This document shows positions 37,116 through 50,739 of a DNA stretch of 64,000 bases, one piece after another. The stretch lies in NCBI RefSeq assembly GCF_009914755.1, contig NC_060938.1; one strand, written 5' to 3'. The position numbers and the translations under genes were made by a program. The DNA comes from the human T2T-CHM13v2.0 reference genome, Homo sapiens. The notes beneath the pieces are model-generated. The model worked only from the letters and a program-made list of their open reading frames with translations, was not told where the DNA came from and did no database searches. Numbering within the stretch: position 1 is the stretch's first letter; every line of letters starts with the position of its first letter.

Positions 37116-39386
37116 TGTATCAGTCCATTCTCACACTGCTGATAAATACATATCCGAGACTGGGAAATTCACAAAAGAAAGAGGTTTAATGGGCTCACAG
37201 TTCCACGTGGCTGGGGAGGTCTTGCAATCATGGTGGAAGGAAAGGAGGAACAAGTCACATATTACATGGATGGAAGCAGATAAAGAGAGAGAGAACTTGT
37301 GCAGGAAAACTCCCGTTTTTTAAACAGTCAGATCTTGCAAGACTTACTCATTATCATGAGAACAGCATGGGAAAAACTTGCCCCCATGATTCAATTACCT
37401 CCCACCAGGTCCCTCCCACAACATGCGGGAATTCAAGATGAGATTTGGGTGGGGACACAGCCAAACCATATCATTCCACCCCTGGCATGTCCTCACATTT
37501 CAAAGCCAATCATGCCTTCCCATCAGTCCCACAAAGTCTTAACTCATTTCAGCATTAACTCAAAAGTCCATATTCCAAAGTCTCATCTGAGACAAGGCAA
37601 GTCTCTTCCACCTATGAGCCTCTAAAATCAAAAGCAAGTTAGTTACTTCTTAGACACAACAGGAGTACAGGCATTGGTTAAATACAGCCACTCCAAATGG
37701 GAGAAACTGGCCAAAACAAAGGGACTACAGGTCCCATGCAAGTCCAAAATCCAGCGGGGCAGTCAAATCTTAAAGCTCCAAAATGATCTCCTTTGACTCC
37801 ATGTCTCACATCCAGGTCACGCTGATGCAAGAGGTAGGCTCCCATAGCCTTGGGCAGCTCCGCCCCTGTGGCTTTGCAGGGTACAGTCCCCCTCCTGGCT
37901 GCTTTCACAGACTGGCGTTGAGTGTCTGTGGCTTTTCCAGGTGCACGGTGCGAGCTGTTGGTGGATCTACCATTCTGAGGTTTAAAGGACAGTGGCCCTC
38001 TTCTCACAGCTCCACTAGGCAGTGCCCCAGTAGGAACTCTGTGTAGGGGATCCGACGTCACATTTCCCTTCTGCACTGCCCTAGCAGAGGTTCTCCGTGA
38101 GGGCCCCATTCCTGCAGCAAACGTCTGCCTGGGCATCCAGGTGTTTCCACACATCCTTTGAAATCTAGGCGGAGGTTCCCAAACCTCAATTCTTGACTTC
38201 TGTGTACCCACAGGCTCACTACCACATGGAAGCTGCCAAGGCTTGAGGCTTCCATCCTCTGAAGCAACAGCCTGAGCTGTACCTTGGCTCCTTTTAGTCA
38301 TGGCTGTAGCAGCTGGGAAGCAGGGCACCAAGTCCCTAGACTGCACACAGCAGAGAGGCCCTGTGCCCGGCCCAGAAAACCATTTTTTCCTCCTAAACCT
38401 CCAGGCCTATGATGGGAGGGGCTGCCATAAAGGTCTCTGGCATGCCCTGAGCCATTTTCCCCACTTGTTATAGTGATTAACATCCAGCTCCTTCTTACTT
38501 ATGCAAATTTCTGCAGCTGGCTTGAATTTCTCTTCAGAAAACAAGATTTTCTTTTCTAGTGCATTGTCAGGCTGCAAATTTTCCGAACTTTTATGCTCTG
38601 TTTCTCTTTTAAAACTGAATACCTTTAATAGCACCCAAGTCATCTCTTAAATGCTTTGCTGCTTAGTAATTTCTTCTGCCAGATACCCTAAATCACCTCT
38701 CTCAAGTTCAAAGTTCCACAAATCTCTAGGGCAGGGGCAAAATGCCACCAGTCTCTTTGCTAAAACATTACAAGAGTTACCTTTGTTCTACTTCCCACCA
38801 AGTTCCTCATTTCCATCTGAGACCACCTCAGGCTGGATTTCATTGTCCATATCATTATCAGCATTTTACTCAAAGCCATTCAACAAGTCTCTAGGAAGGT
38901 CCAAACTTTATCACATTTTCCTGTCTTCTTCTGAGCCCTCCAAACTGTTCCAACCTCTGCCTGTTACCCAGTTCCAAAGTCGCTTCCACATTTTCAGCAG
39001 CACCCCACTCGTGGTACCAATTTACTGTATTAGTCTGTTTTCATACTGCTGATAAAGATATATCCAAGACTAGGCAATTTACAAAAGAAAGAGGTTTAAT
39101 GGACTTACAGTTCCATGTGGATGGGGGAGGTCTCACAATCATGGTGGAAGGCAAGAAGGAGCAAGTCATGTCTTACATGGATAGCAGGAGACAAAGAGAG
39201 AGAGAACTTGTTGCAGGGAAACTCCCGTTTTTAAAACCATTAGGTCTCGTGAGACTTATTCACTATCACAAGAATAGCATGAGAAAAACCTGCCCCCATG
39301 ATTCAGTTAACTCCCCACCAGGTCCTTCCCACAACATGTGGGAATTCAAGATGAGATTTGGGTGGGGACACAGCCAAACCATACCA
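37116..39386 (-). mobile_element. Full-length THE1 (ERVL-MaLR, THE1A-like): LTR 37116-37473, internal 37474-39025, LTR 39026-39386
   Basis: Two ~360-bp direct repeats reading TGTAT..AGTC...GGGGACACAGCCAAACCATA(T/C)CA on plus (reverse of THE1 LTR). The 222-aa ORF 37678-38346 is the usual THE1-int remnant. Flanks CAGAG/TAAAG may be a decayed 5-bp TSD. Confidence 0.93.
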
Positions 39387-40249
39387 TAAAGATACACATT
39401 TAACCTGGAAACCAAGGAGGCAGATTAGGGATGGAGCAGAAAGAAACTTGTTCCAAAAAATATGGTATTTTGATATGAGTTGGGGCTGACATGGAAACCA
39501 AAAAGGAATGCAAGCTAATCAAAATAGAAATGGTTTCATGGGAATATTTTTAAGGTAAGAAAGGGTCTAGATAGAGAAACTTCCTAAATAGGTGCTGGGT
39601 GGAATCAGAGGAGCAAAGAACCATTAGATCAAGTTTCAGAGGACTCAGCAAAGGAAAATTCCTACCTGAGCCCTGAGAGTTAAACCTGAAGCCAAGCATG
39701 ATAGTATGTCCTCTAGGGCTAACAGGAAGAATGAGCAGACAGTCTAAGGATCAAAGAGATATGCAACCCTTAAAGCTTAATAGTAATGTTAAACTATTAA
39801 CATAACCTAGAGTGAGGCTGTATTCAGTAAATAAGGGCGCCTACTAATTACTCCTCTACTTCAGCTTGAACTCTCCTATTTCATTTTTGCACCCAGACCA
39901 CTAAGTGCTCAAAGATGATGGTATTTGACTGGATCTCCATCATCCCCTTGAAGGGTGGCTGTTGACACGACTAGCAGCAAACTCTCCTCTTGTGAAGAGT
40001 GACCTGGCTGATTCAGTCACACAGCATTTCTGACTAATGCTTATTACTGTATTAAGACCTAGCAACTCTGGTCAACTTTGATTTTTATTTGTTTGTTTAG
40101 TTTTGAGTCCTAACATTTTGCTGTTCCCCAGGGCCAAAGTCTGTTTCTATCTATTGCCAAATGATCTGCCACACACACCTATAAACAGAGGAATTATTAA
40201 GTGATTCTTTTAATGAGTGTACTACCAGAACCTAGCCTACCATCTAGCA

Positions 40250-40577
40250 CATGGGCCCCTAACCCCCAGGCCATGGACAAGTACTGGTCTGCGGCCTGTT
40301 AGGAACCAGGGCGCACAGCAGGAGGTGAGCAGCAGACAAGCATTGCCACCTGAGCTCTGCCTTCTGTCAGATCAGTGGTGGCATTAGATTCTCCTAGGAG
40401 TGCCAACCCTATTGTGAAGTGTGCATGCAAGGGATCTAGGTTGCACATTCCTTATGAGAATCTAATGATAAATGTAATGCGCTTGAATCATCCCAAAACC
40501 ATACCCCGACCCTCGTCTTTGGGAAAAATGTCTCTCAGGAAACCAGTCCCTAGTGCCAAAAAAGTTGGGGACTGCTG
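40250..40577 (+). mobile_element. MER1B-like hAT-Charlie DNA transposon (non-autonomous)
   Basis: 328 bp with termini CATGGGCCCCTAACC...GTTGGGGACTGCTG and a perfect 8-bp TSD ATCTAGCA (40242-40249, 40578-40585). Confidence 0.88.
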
Positions 40578-42637
40578 ATCTAGCACACAGAAGGCCCTCA
40601 ACAAATATCAATGGAATGAGCAAATAAAAGTGATCATCAAATCTCTCTATGCAGGGGGAGTTTTACACATTTACAAACCAAGGACCCCTTTGGCAGTCTG
40701 TTGAAGCCTGTGGACCCCTTCTCAAAATAATATTTTAAAATAGATAGCATTATAGAGGAAATTAATTATAGTAAAATACAGTCACAAAACTATTTTTTTT
40801 AAATGTGGCATCATTACAAACATGCTTCTGTGGCACCGGGTGGGATTGCCAAGCCCCAGGCTTCTCTGTAGAGAGATTTGGCTGGGCCAGTTCAGTGGCA
40901 AAATTACTGACAACATCTATGGAGATTTTGTTCTTGGCTTCTCAGAGAAAACTCCTCCAGACTCCTGCCTGGGAAGCCACTGTGCTCAGTGAAGTGCTAG
41001 AAAGCCGCCGAGGGAGTTTGCACAGTTCTGTGTGTCCATTTTCACCATACCTGTCATTTTCTGTATGGTATCCTCATCCTTAGCTGTGCCCATTGTCCCT
41101 GAATGCACAGACCTTGTCAGTCTTCCCTTAGGGTGAGGAAGGCACAGCTGCCTATGTGAACAGGGGCAGAGATAGGATCTGGGGGTTACCTGTTTCTTAC
41201 ACAGACTTTCAATCAATCCTCCTGGGTCCTGCATCACTTGCATGCCTACTTCGAGGGATACCTGCTGTCTCCAGTTATTGAACCTTTTTAGGGGGTCAGA
41301 AGTACAGAGAGCCTGCTTTTAGGCTTCCCATGTTACTGTCATCCATCTTCTAAAATGTAGTTGCTATTTTCTCTTTTCCCTTTGGAGTGCATGTCTATCT
41401 TATCCCTTTCCTTTTATCCTTGTGGGATTTATTAAGGAGGCAACGGTAAACAGATATAATCTGCTACAATTTGCTGAAGTCATCACTAAAATTTTTACAA
41501 CGGCATAAAAAGTTTTAAAAATCAAATTTAGAAGTAAACTCAAAATTCATCTATTTTATAACTACGATATTTGTATCAAAGATGATCAATTTACTGTAAT
41601 AACTTCAGCTTCATGAAGGCAGAGATCATTTTCACTTCATTTATTATTGTATTGTCCAGTACCCAGCATAGTAGAGGGGATAAATAAATATTTATTTTAT
41701 AAGTAAACTGAATGAATATAGATGCGATTAAAAAATTAGGATCTTTAATTTTTATAATTTCAGCACTTATCTCACTCACCTAGGACTGCTTTAGCAATAT
41801 ACTCCAAAAACCAATCAGAAATAGATATACCTAATTTGGAATCCAAGAATGATGTCTTTTATAACAACAAAGTCCTTCACTACAAAAATTTTAGTATGAT
41901 TTCATATTCTATACCAACAATTTCCTAGATAGAAACGAAACTAACATTCAAATTTACTTAGTTATCTTGAATAACTAGTAGTGCAGAAATAAATGTAACT
42001 TCTATTACAACCATTACATAAACAGTACTTAATTACAACTAATAGATGTACAATTTTAAGTGTCATTAAATGCATTTGTAATATTAAACAAATTCTAATT
42101 AATACTGAAAATTAAAGTTCTCCAAATGTAAAATCTGCACATTAGCCACCATATTTTAATTCATGTTGAGCAAAAACCAGCAATATTATTTAAAAATTGG
42201 GTCTAGTAGATCTCTGTCATTCTTGTCAAGCGAATTCAAAGGGCCTTCATAGCATGTCCTACTTTGTTACCACAATGTAAACTGTATGTACTTTGCTTTA
42301 TGATTCTTTATTGGCCACTATCAAAGCCATAATTCTCCTGAAGGGCCAAAAGAGTTATTTGATTTTTCAGTTATATTTTACATATTTTATGGGGAAAGTT
42401 AAATGCATAGTGTCTTTTTTCTTTTTTAAATAAATAGGAATTCTGATATACCCATCAAGGTTTACCGCAATTTTAACAGGACGGCTCCATACGAATTTTA
42501 AACTAAAAATCTCTACATTTTCCATGGACAAATCTGCACAAAAGTTCAGAATTCACAGGGCAGTTTTCTGCTAAATGTTTATTCTACGGCTAAGTTTTCA
42601 TCCTTGTTTACATGCTGTTATTACTAACTTCAAATTA

Positions 42638-42826
<189 letters not shown>

Positions 42827-43386
42827 CTACCTTTATTTATTTATTTTTTTTTTTTAAGGCATTTCCCTCCTCAGGATCCTGTAATGGCTCTTGGTGATTG
42901 GTCAGGGAAAATGGAAATTCTTTTATCTGCTGCGTTCTCTGGACCTCTCCAACCACGTCTTTGTTCTCCTTGTGCACAGGGTCTACCTTGTTGGGTCAGC
43001 TTCTTTAGGGCCTCCCTCTTGACTCGTGCTTCTTCATGTCTCTATTCTTCCTAGTTCACTCTCACTCTAGATGACCTTCAGGTGCCTTCATAGCCAATTC
43101 TTGTCCATCACTTCCTAACGGCTTCAGAAGACTTTCCTGACTAACCAGATCCCCTGTCATTTCCTTGTTTTTCATCCTACAACACCTATGTTTACATTGT
43201 ACTTACCTATACATGACTGATATTTTCTAGCTATTTCCTACTTGTCTTTATATACCTATACTCTAACTCTTTTTTTCACTTTTTATGTATTTATAGGTAT
43301 TTGTGCAGCACACCATGTATAAAATAGGAAATTTATAAAGAATTGTTGATTAACAGGCTCTTAAACATAAAGGTTGAAGATCATAG

Positions 43387-43590
<204 letters not shown>

Positions 43591-43907
43591 CAAACTTTAG
43601 TTCTAAATAAGCAAAGAAAATCAATTAAGTAACATTTATAGATCCCTCTGTTTTACTTTGCATTTATAAAACTTACTTTTTTGTAAGTTCTATAGCAAAA
43701 CACTTCAGCTATATAACAAATAATCTATCCAACTCATATAAGAGGTGCTTGATCTGCATGAATTCTGTTTCATGTTTTCAGTTATGTCAGCCTGAATTAA
43801 ATGTTTCTAAACTTAGAAATATTGTTTTCCTCAATGCTAAGAATATGAGAAAGTTCTTAATAATCTCTTAAAATGGAAATCAAAATTGCATACAGAAAAA
43901 CACTAGG

Positions 43908-44851
<944 letters not shown>

Positions 44852-45305
44852 CTAGGCAATTTTCCTTTAAGAGCCCCAGTGTTCTACAAGACAGACAGGA
44901 AGGAAAATGTCTAGAGCTTATATTGAACAGACATTGACTTGGAGCATTATATGCATCTAACAACCAGGAGATGCTTTTTCCTAAAAAACAACCTCTTTAG
45001 AAAAGATTTTAGAAACAAATAATTTACTATCTGCGTCACCTCATCACTTGCAAGTAAACATCCATTTTTGCCTCTTCCTGTGAAACTCAATGTTAGTAGC
45101 TTTATCAAGATTAACATTGCTGGCTTTGCGTTATATTTATCTGTATCTTTTTAGGGTAGTAAGATTAAGAGAAGGTTAACCAAGAGTTCATTTACTATAT
45201 TACTCTCATTCCATATCAATTGCAGTTATATCCAACATTCATTGTTTTATTTACTTCTGTGTTTGACAATCAGCAAGTTTCACATAAATTAAAAACCGGA
45301 TTTTC

Positions 45306-45547
45306 GGACAAGCACAGTGGCTCATGCCTGTAATTTGGGAGGCTGAGGCGGGCAGATTGCTTGAGTCTAGTTCAACACCAACCTAGGCAATATGGCAAAA
45401 CCTCATCTCTATAAAAAATACAAAACTTAGCCAGGTGTGGTGGCACGTTCCTGTGGTCCCAGCTACTCGGGAGATTGACACGAGAGGATCACCTGAGCCT
45501 GGGAAGGTGGAGGCTGCAGTGAGCCAAGATTGCACCACTACACTGGA
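45306..45547 (+). mobile_element. Alu (AluJ-like, 3'-truncated)
   Basis: Diverged sense Alu without an A tail. Confidence 0.8.
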
Positions 45548-47006
45548 CTTCCTAGCTTACTCACTGGAGCTATTCATTTTGTTTCTTACTCATATTTATG
45601 ATGATTTCTACCATCATTTTTATATTATAAACTAATTGCCCTAAATCATAAATTTCAAAGGTCTTTCTTTGCAGCATATTCTTGGGTCCAATAGTTTCTT
45701 GTATGAAAATGTCTTAACTATCTTATATCCCACAAAAATCATCTTAAAGCTTGTTACCATATCAATAATTCCATGAAAAGAAGTCCAAGTGTCTGTTCTG
45801 CTACCTCAGTTTGAGTGCCTACTTGACTGCACCTCGTTCCCCTTCCTCTCCATTGTGCTGCAGCCCTGCCCCTCAACCCCCCATTACCAAAGGTTTCTTT
45901 CCCTGCTTGTTCTCACACGTTTTTCATTCAGTCTCCCTAAGATTCCTACCCTTGAACCATCTCCCTTCACCTGGCAGGTCTGGTTTCTGCTCTGGGCTGG
46001 ATCTGCCCTTTTCCTGATCTCTTTTTTTCTTACATCTTACCATAATTTATTCTCACGGCCTCACCCACCTGTTACCTCCACCTTGCTGCCTGCCCCTTTA
46101 GAAATGTCATCCTTCATCCTTCCTTTTCCCTTCAATTCTCTCCTTTCTTTTCTATGCTCCATAATCAGCATTTCAATCTCTATCTTAAACTAGTGTAGGA
46201 CCTGAATATAACAGGACAAGGAAGGGTGGCTTCATGATGTACCTGAATTGTCCTAATTTAAAAATTACTTGAGTACTTTCTGTCTCTGAGGAAAAACACA
46301 AGCCCAGTCTACATAATGACTGCTTCTACAATGTTTCCTCATTAAGTAAAACAAAAAACCGAGTGAAAATTTCTTGGCTCAAGATTAATGGTTATCTGCA
46401 ATAACATTTCTTACAGTTTAAACTGATTGTTACAGTTTGCATAGGGTCACAGACATGAATTCCATTTAAAGTTTTTTAGTAAGAGTTCATCCTACCTGGG
46501 GACAATGGAGGAGAGAGGGAGTGGGAGCAAGAGACGGTGTCAGGGACAAAACAAATGGAAAAGAAAGCCAGAGTGCGAGTGGGAAATAACTCTTACTCTC
46601 CAACCTCATCAGGATACACCCTGAAGATGTACAGGCAGAGTCTGCAATGCAGTAAATTACAATGAAGGAAATACATATTATGACTGATGGTTTCATTTTA
46701 TTGGTTATTTTAACAATTAAAAGCTTTTATTATAATGATACTTTGTAACAAATAAGCATTAGGATTTTTCAGGATAAAAGCCAAAACCTGCTTAGGTTCT
46801 TTTTAATCTCTATCATAGCAAGTACAATTGGAAAGTAGATTTTTTCAAACGGAATTATGAAATTGAGAAAATTGGTAATGTTCTATAAGTATGCTTTCAT
46901 AATCTCCACTAAGACAATAACATGTAAAAACATTAGCTCTTCCAGCTCCATTATTACCTTAGTTAACAGACTTCAGAAAAGAAACCTGAAAAATGAAGAG
47001 TCTTAC

Positions 47007-47122
47007 CTTGTGGAGATGTTCGAGGGCAAGCACAATCTCTCCAACATAAATCTGCACCTCATGCTCTGTGAAACGCTCTCTTTGAGAAAGATGAGTAAAA
47101 AGTTCACCACCATTTATATAAT
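47007..47122 (-). CDS. RPS6KA5: RPS6KA5/MSK1 coding exon (likely exon 4, 116 bp): (D)YINGGELFTHLSQRERFTEHEVQIYVGEIVLALEHLHK
   Basis: Minus strand TTTTTAG|ATTAT...CACAAG|GTAAGA. Kinase hinge to alphaE region matching MSK1 N-terminal kinase. Starts phase 1, ends phase 0. Confidence 0.97.
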
Positions 47123-47986
47123 CTAAAAATGAAATACATTTTTCTTTCTTAAACATGCATTCATAAATGAAAAGCAGTGTTTCCTTTTAATCACTTTGGA
47201 TTCACCATAAGGCACTGATTTTAATATATTGCTATATACAATTTAGCATACAGTATCATGTAGATAGAGTTCTAGATTCAGATAGCAATACAGTTTCGCA
47301 AAATAATGATTACCTTAAATATAATCAAATGAGTTTGCAAAGAGTATTGCCATTAAAACTATTACTAAAATCTGCATATATTTAAATATGTTTTCTCAAA
47401 TACAGCATATCAGAAACCTCTGCCATAACCATATAATGCATACTTAACCTACTCTGGAGTACCAAAACATCAGCCACTGCAATAACCAAAACCAAAACAA
47501 AACACAAAGTCCCATCCTTTCATTTGTAATAATTGCCAGTCACCTGTAAACAGATACCCTATTTTCCAGAATTGTCTACATGCACTTCCAAAAATCTATA
47601 TTAGGTAATAGACACCCTTTTATTTAGCCCAATAGTATAAGTATTACAACTTGGTCAAATCAAAGATTCTGAAAGTAGAAGATTACCATTTCCCTGTCAA
47701 TTTTCTCTATTTATCCCAAGGGGGATAATGAAATAGGTGACCAAAAGGCTACATTAAGACATAAATAGGGGAGCTGGTTAATTTTTTAAAAAACCAAAAT
47801 AGTTATGTTGATACATGGCTCTAATAAGATATTTCTTCATAAACGCAGAACTTATTTATCATTCATTATTTTAGGTAACAACTATACAAATTAATGTTAG
47901 AAACTGCTCAAAATCCTATAGAATAAACTTTTTACCAAATAAGTGTTGCAAAAAAGCTTTAAATTGTAGTTACATCAGAAACACTG

Positions 47987-48361
<375 letters not shown>

Positions 48362-49592
48362 CTAGAAAAGTCACAAATGCAATTTAAAGCTTTTTCTCCT
48401 GAAAAATTTGAAAAGCGTATATCCCAAGTATATTCACTTGAGTTTACCACAATTTGATAAAAGAATGAAATTGTTCATGAACTCACAAATTTTTCTTTTA
48501 CTTTGTCCATTTAACTTTAAATTCCAAAAAGCAGATACAACAGAATTAAAGAACTCTAATAGCTAGTTGTTTTGCAATGCATTTTACAAACCACACGACA
48601 GCAAAAAGCATTTCCCTTCTCAGGCTTCTGTATTTTGCCAAGGAGTTTTAATTATACCTGAACACAAAGCTAATTATTAAAAAGGTGTAAAGGAACACAG
48701 GATTTCTGCAAACTAATAATGAACTTTTTTCCTACCTTATTTTACTTAAAAACTCAATACTTATGTTTATGCATAAATGCTTTCCATAGTTAGTCATGAC
48801 ACAGAAAGAAGCACGCATATATCAAGTGACAAACTCCTACATAGCCTTGAATGTCCAATTCAATCATCTCATCTTCTATGGCCACTCCAGTAGAGCTGAT
48901 TACTTTCTTCTATGTTAGCACTGTTCTTATTTAAGACTTCCAGCACTGCAGTTATCTTGCTATACTGCAATTGTTTATTTGCATACTTACTTTCTCTGCT
49001 AAAGTAAGGATTAATATATTCATTACTATTTACTCATCATAGTGCCTGCATGCAGTAAGCACAAAATAGATATTTATGGTATTAACAATTGAACACAAAT
49101 TCTTAATACTGGAATATATTATAAACAGGGTCTCTGAACAAAACCACTCTGAAACTTAAGAGGCCAGTCTACTATTTAAAAAATCTAATGTACTCCTGTT
49201 TCAAATGCAACATGGCATAGTCAAAACAAACAGGGCTTTGTAACTGATGGACCTGAACTAGACAATGGCTCCACAGCTGTCCTTCCTTAAGCAAATTAAG
49301 TCTCTCTGAGCTTCAGTTCTTATAAAGCAGGAATAATAACTACTTATGAATTATTGTTACTTGGGACAAAGTGCTTTATTTTCCATTTACTGGGAGATTG
49401 CGAAAAAGTAACTATAAATCTAAGGAGACATACCTAAAATATCAAGTGACCTACTTCCTACTTTTGGGATGGATTGACTTGACAGCCCAAGGTAAAGACT
49501 TGACATCATAAAATAAGTTATTTAATTTTGAGGGGGCAGTTATGGGTTGTATACTTTGTAAGTTGTACAGCAAACTCTATGAACTTGGGAAT

Positions 49593-49626
49593 GCATGGAT
49601 GACGCAGTGGTGAGCATAGCTGCCTT
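49593..49626 (+). pseudogene. tRNA-Gly(TCC) 5'-half fragment (non-functional)
   Basis: GCATGGATGACGCAGTGGTGAGCATAGCTGCCTT matches 27 of 34 nt of recalled tRNA-Gly-TCC positions 1-34. The last 21 nt are exact, and the match ends at the anticodon. Confidence 0.7.
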
Positions 49627-50739
49627 GAATCCACGAACATGGGGGATGGCTTTCCATTTATTTAGGTCTTCTTTCATTCTTTCAGCAATGTTTTGTAGTT
49701 TTCAGAGCATACATTTTTGTACTTCTTTTGTTAAATTTATTCCCAAATGTTTTATTCCTGTTGATCCTAAATGGTTTTGACTTCATTTTCAGACTGTTTA
49801 TTCCAAATGTATAGAAATATATTTGATTTTTGTATGTTGATCTTACATACTGCAATTCTGCTGAACTTATATATTAGTTCGAGTAGTTTCTGAGTAGATT
49901 CCTTAGGACTTTCTATTTATAAGATGTCATCTTTAGATAAGAATTTTTCTTCTTCCTTTCCAATCTGAAGGCCTTTTGTTCCTTTTCTTGCCTACAATGT
50001 TGAATAAAGTGGGAAAGTGGATATTCTGTCCATGTTCCTGATATTAGGGGGAAAGCATTCAGTCTTTAACCATTAAGCATTATGTTGGCTCTTGGTTTTT
50101 CCATAGATGCCTTTATCAGGTTAAGAAGTTCACATCCATTCCTACTTTGTTGAGCGTTATTATGAAGGAGTTGAATTTTGGCAAATACTGTTTTTCTACA
50201 TCTGTTGGGAGGATCATATGCTTTGTGTTCTTTATCCTGCTGATATGATATATTAAACTGATTGACTTTTGGTTGGTAAACCAATCTTGCACTACTGTGA
50301 TAGATTCCACTTGGCCATGGCATGTAATTATCTTTATTTGTTACTGGATTTGGTTTGATAGAAAGTTGTTGAGAATTTTGCATTTATATTCATAAGAGAT
50401 AATGATCTGGGCCTGCCATGGTGTCTCATGCCTGTAATCCCAGCACTTTGGGAGGCTGAGGCAGGCGGATCACTTGACGTCATGGGTTTGAGACTAGCCT
50501 GGCCAACACGGTGAAACCCTGTCTCTACTAAAAATACAAAATTAGCCAGGCGTGGTGGTGCACACTTGTAATCCCAGCTACTCGGGAGGCTGAGGCAGGA
50601 AAATTGCTTGAACCGGGAGGCAGAGGTTGCAGTTGGCCAAGATCACTGCACTGCACTCCAGCCTGGGCCACAGAGAGAGACTCAGTCTCAAAAAAAAAAA
50701 AAAAAAAAGAGAGAGAGAGAGAGATAATGGTCTGTAGTT

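Noticed and set aside
37678-38346. Longest ORF in the window (222 aa) as a novel gene
   Set aside because: Lies entirely within THE1 internal sequence, where such open frames are common; no independent gene structure.
45789-46193. 134-aa hydrophobic plus-strand ORF in a pyrimidine-rich tract
   Set aside because: Leu/Phe/Ser/Pro richness follows from the CT skew; no ATG start or splice support.
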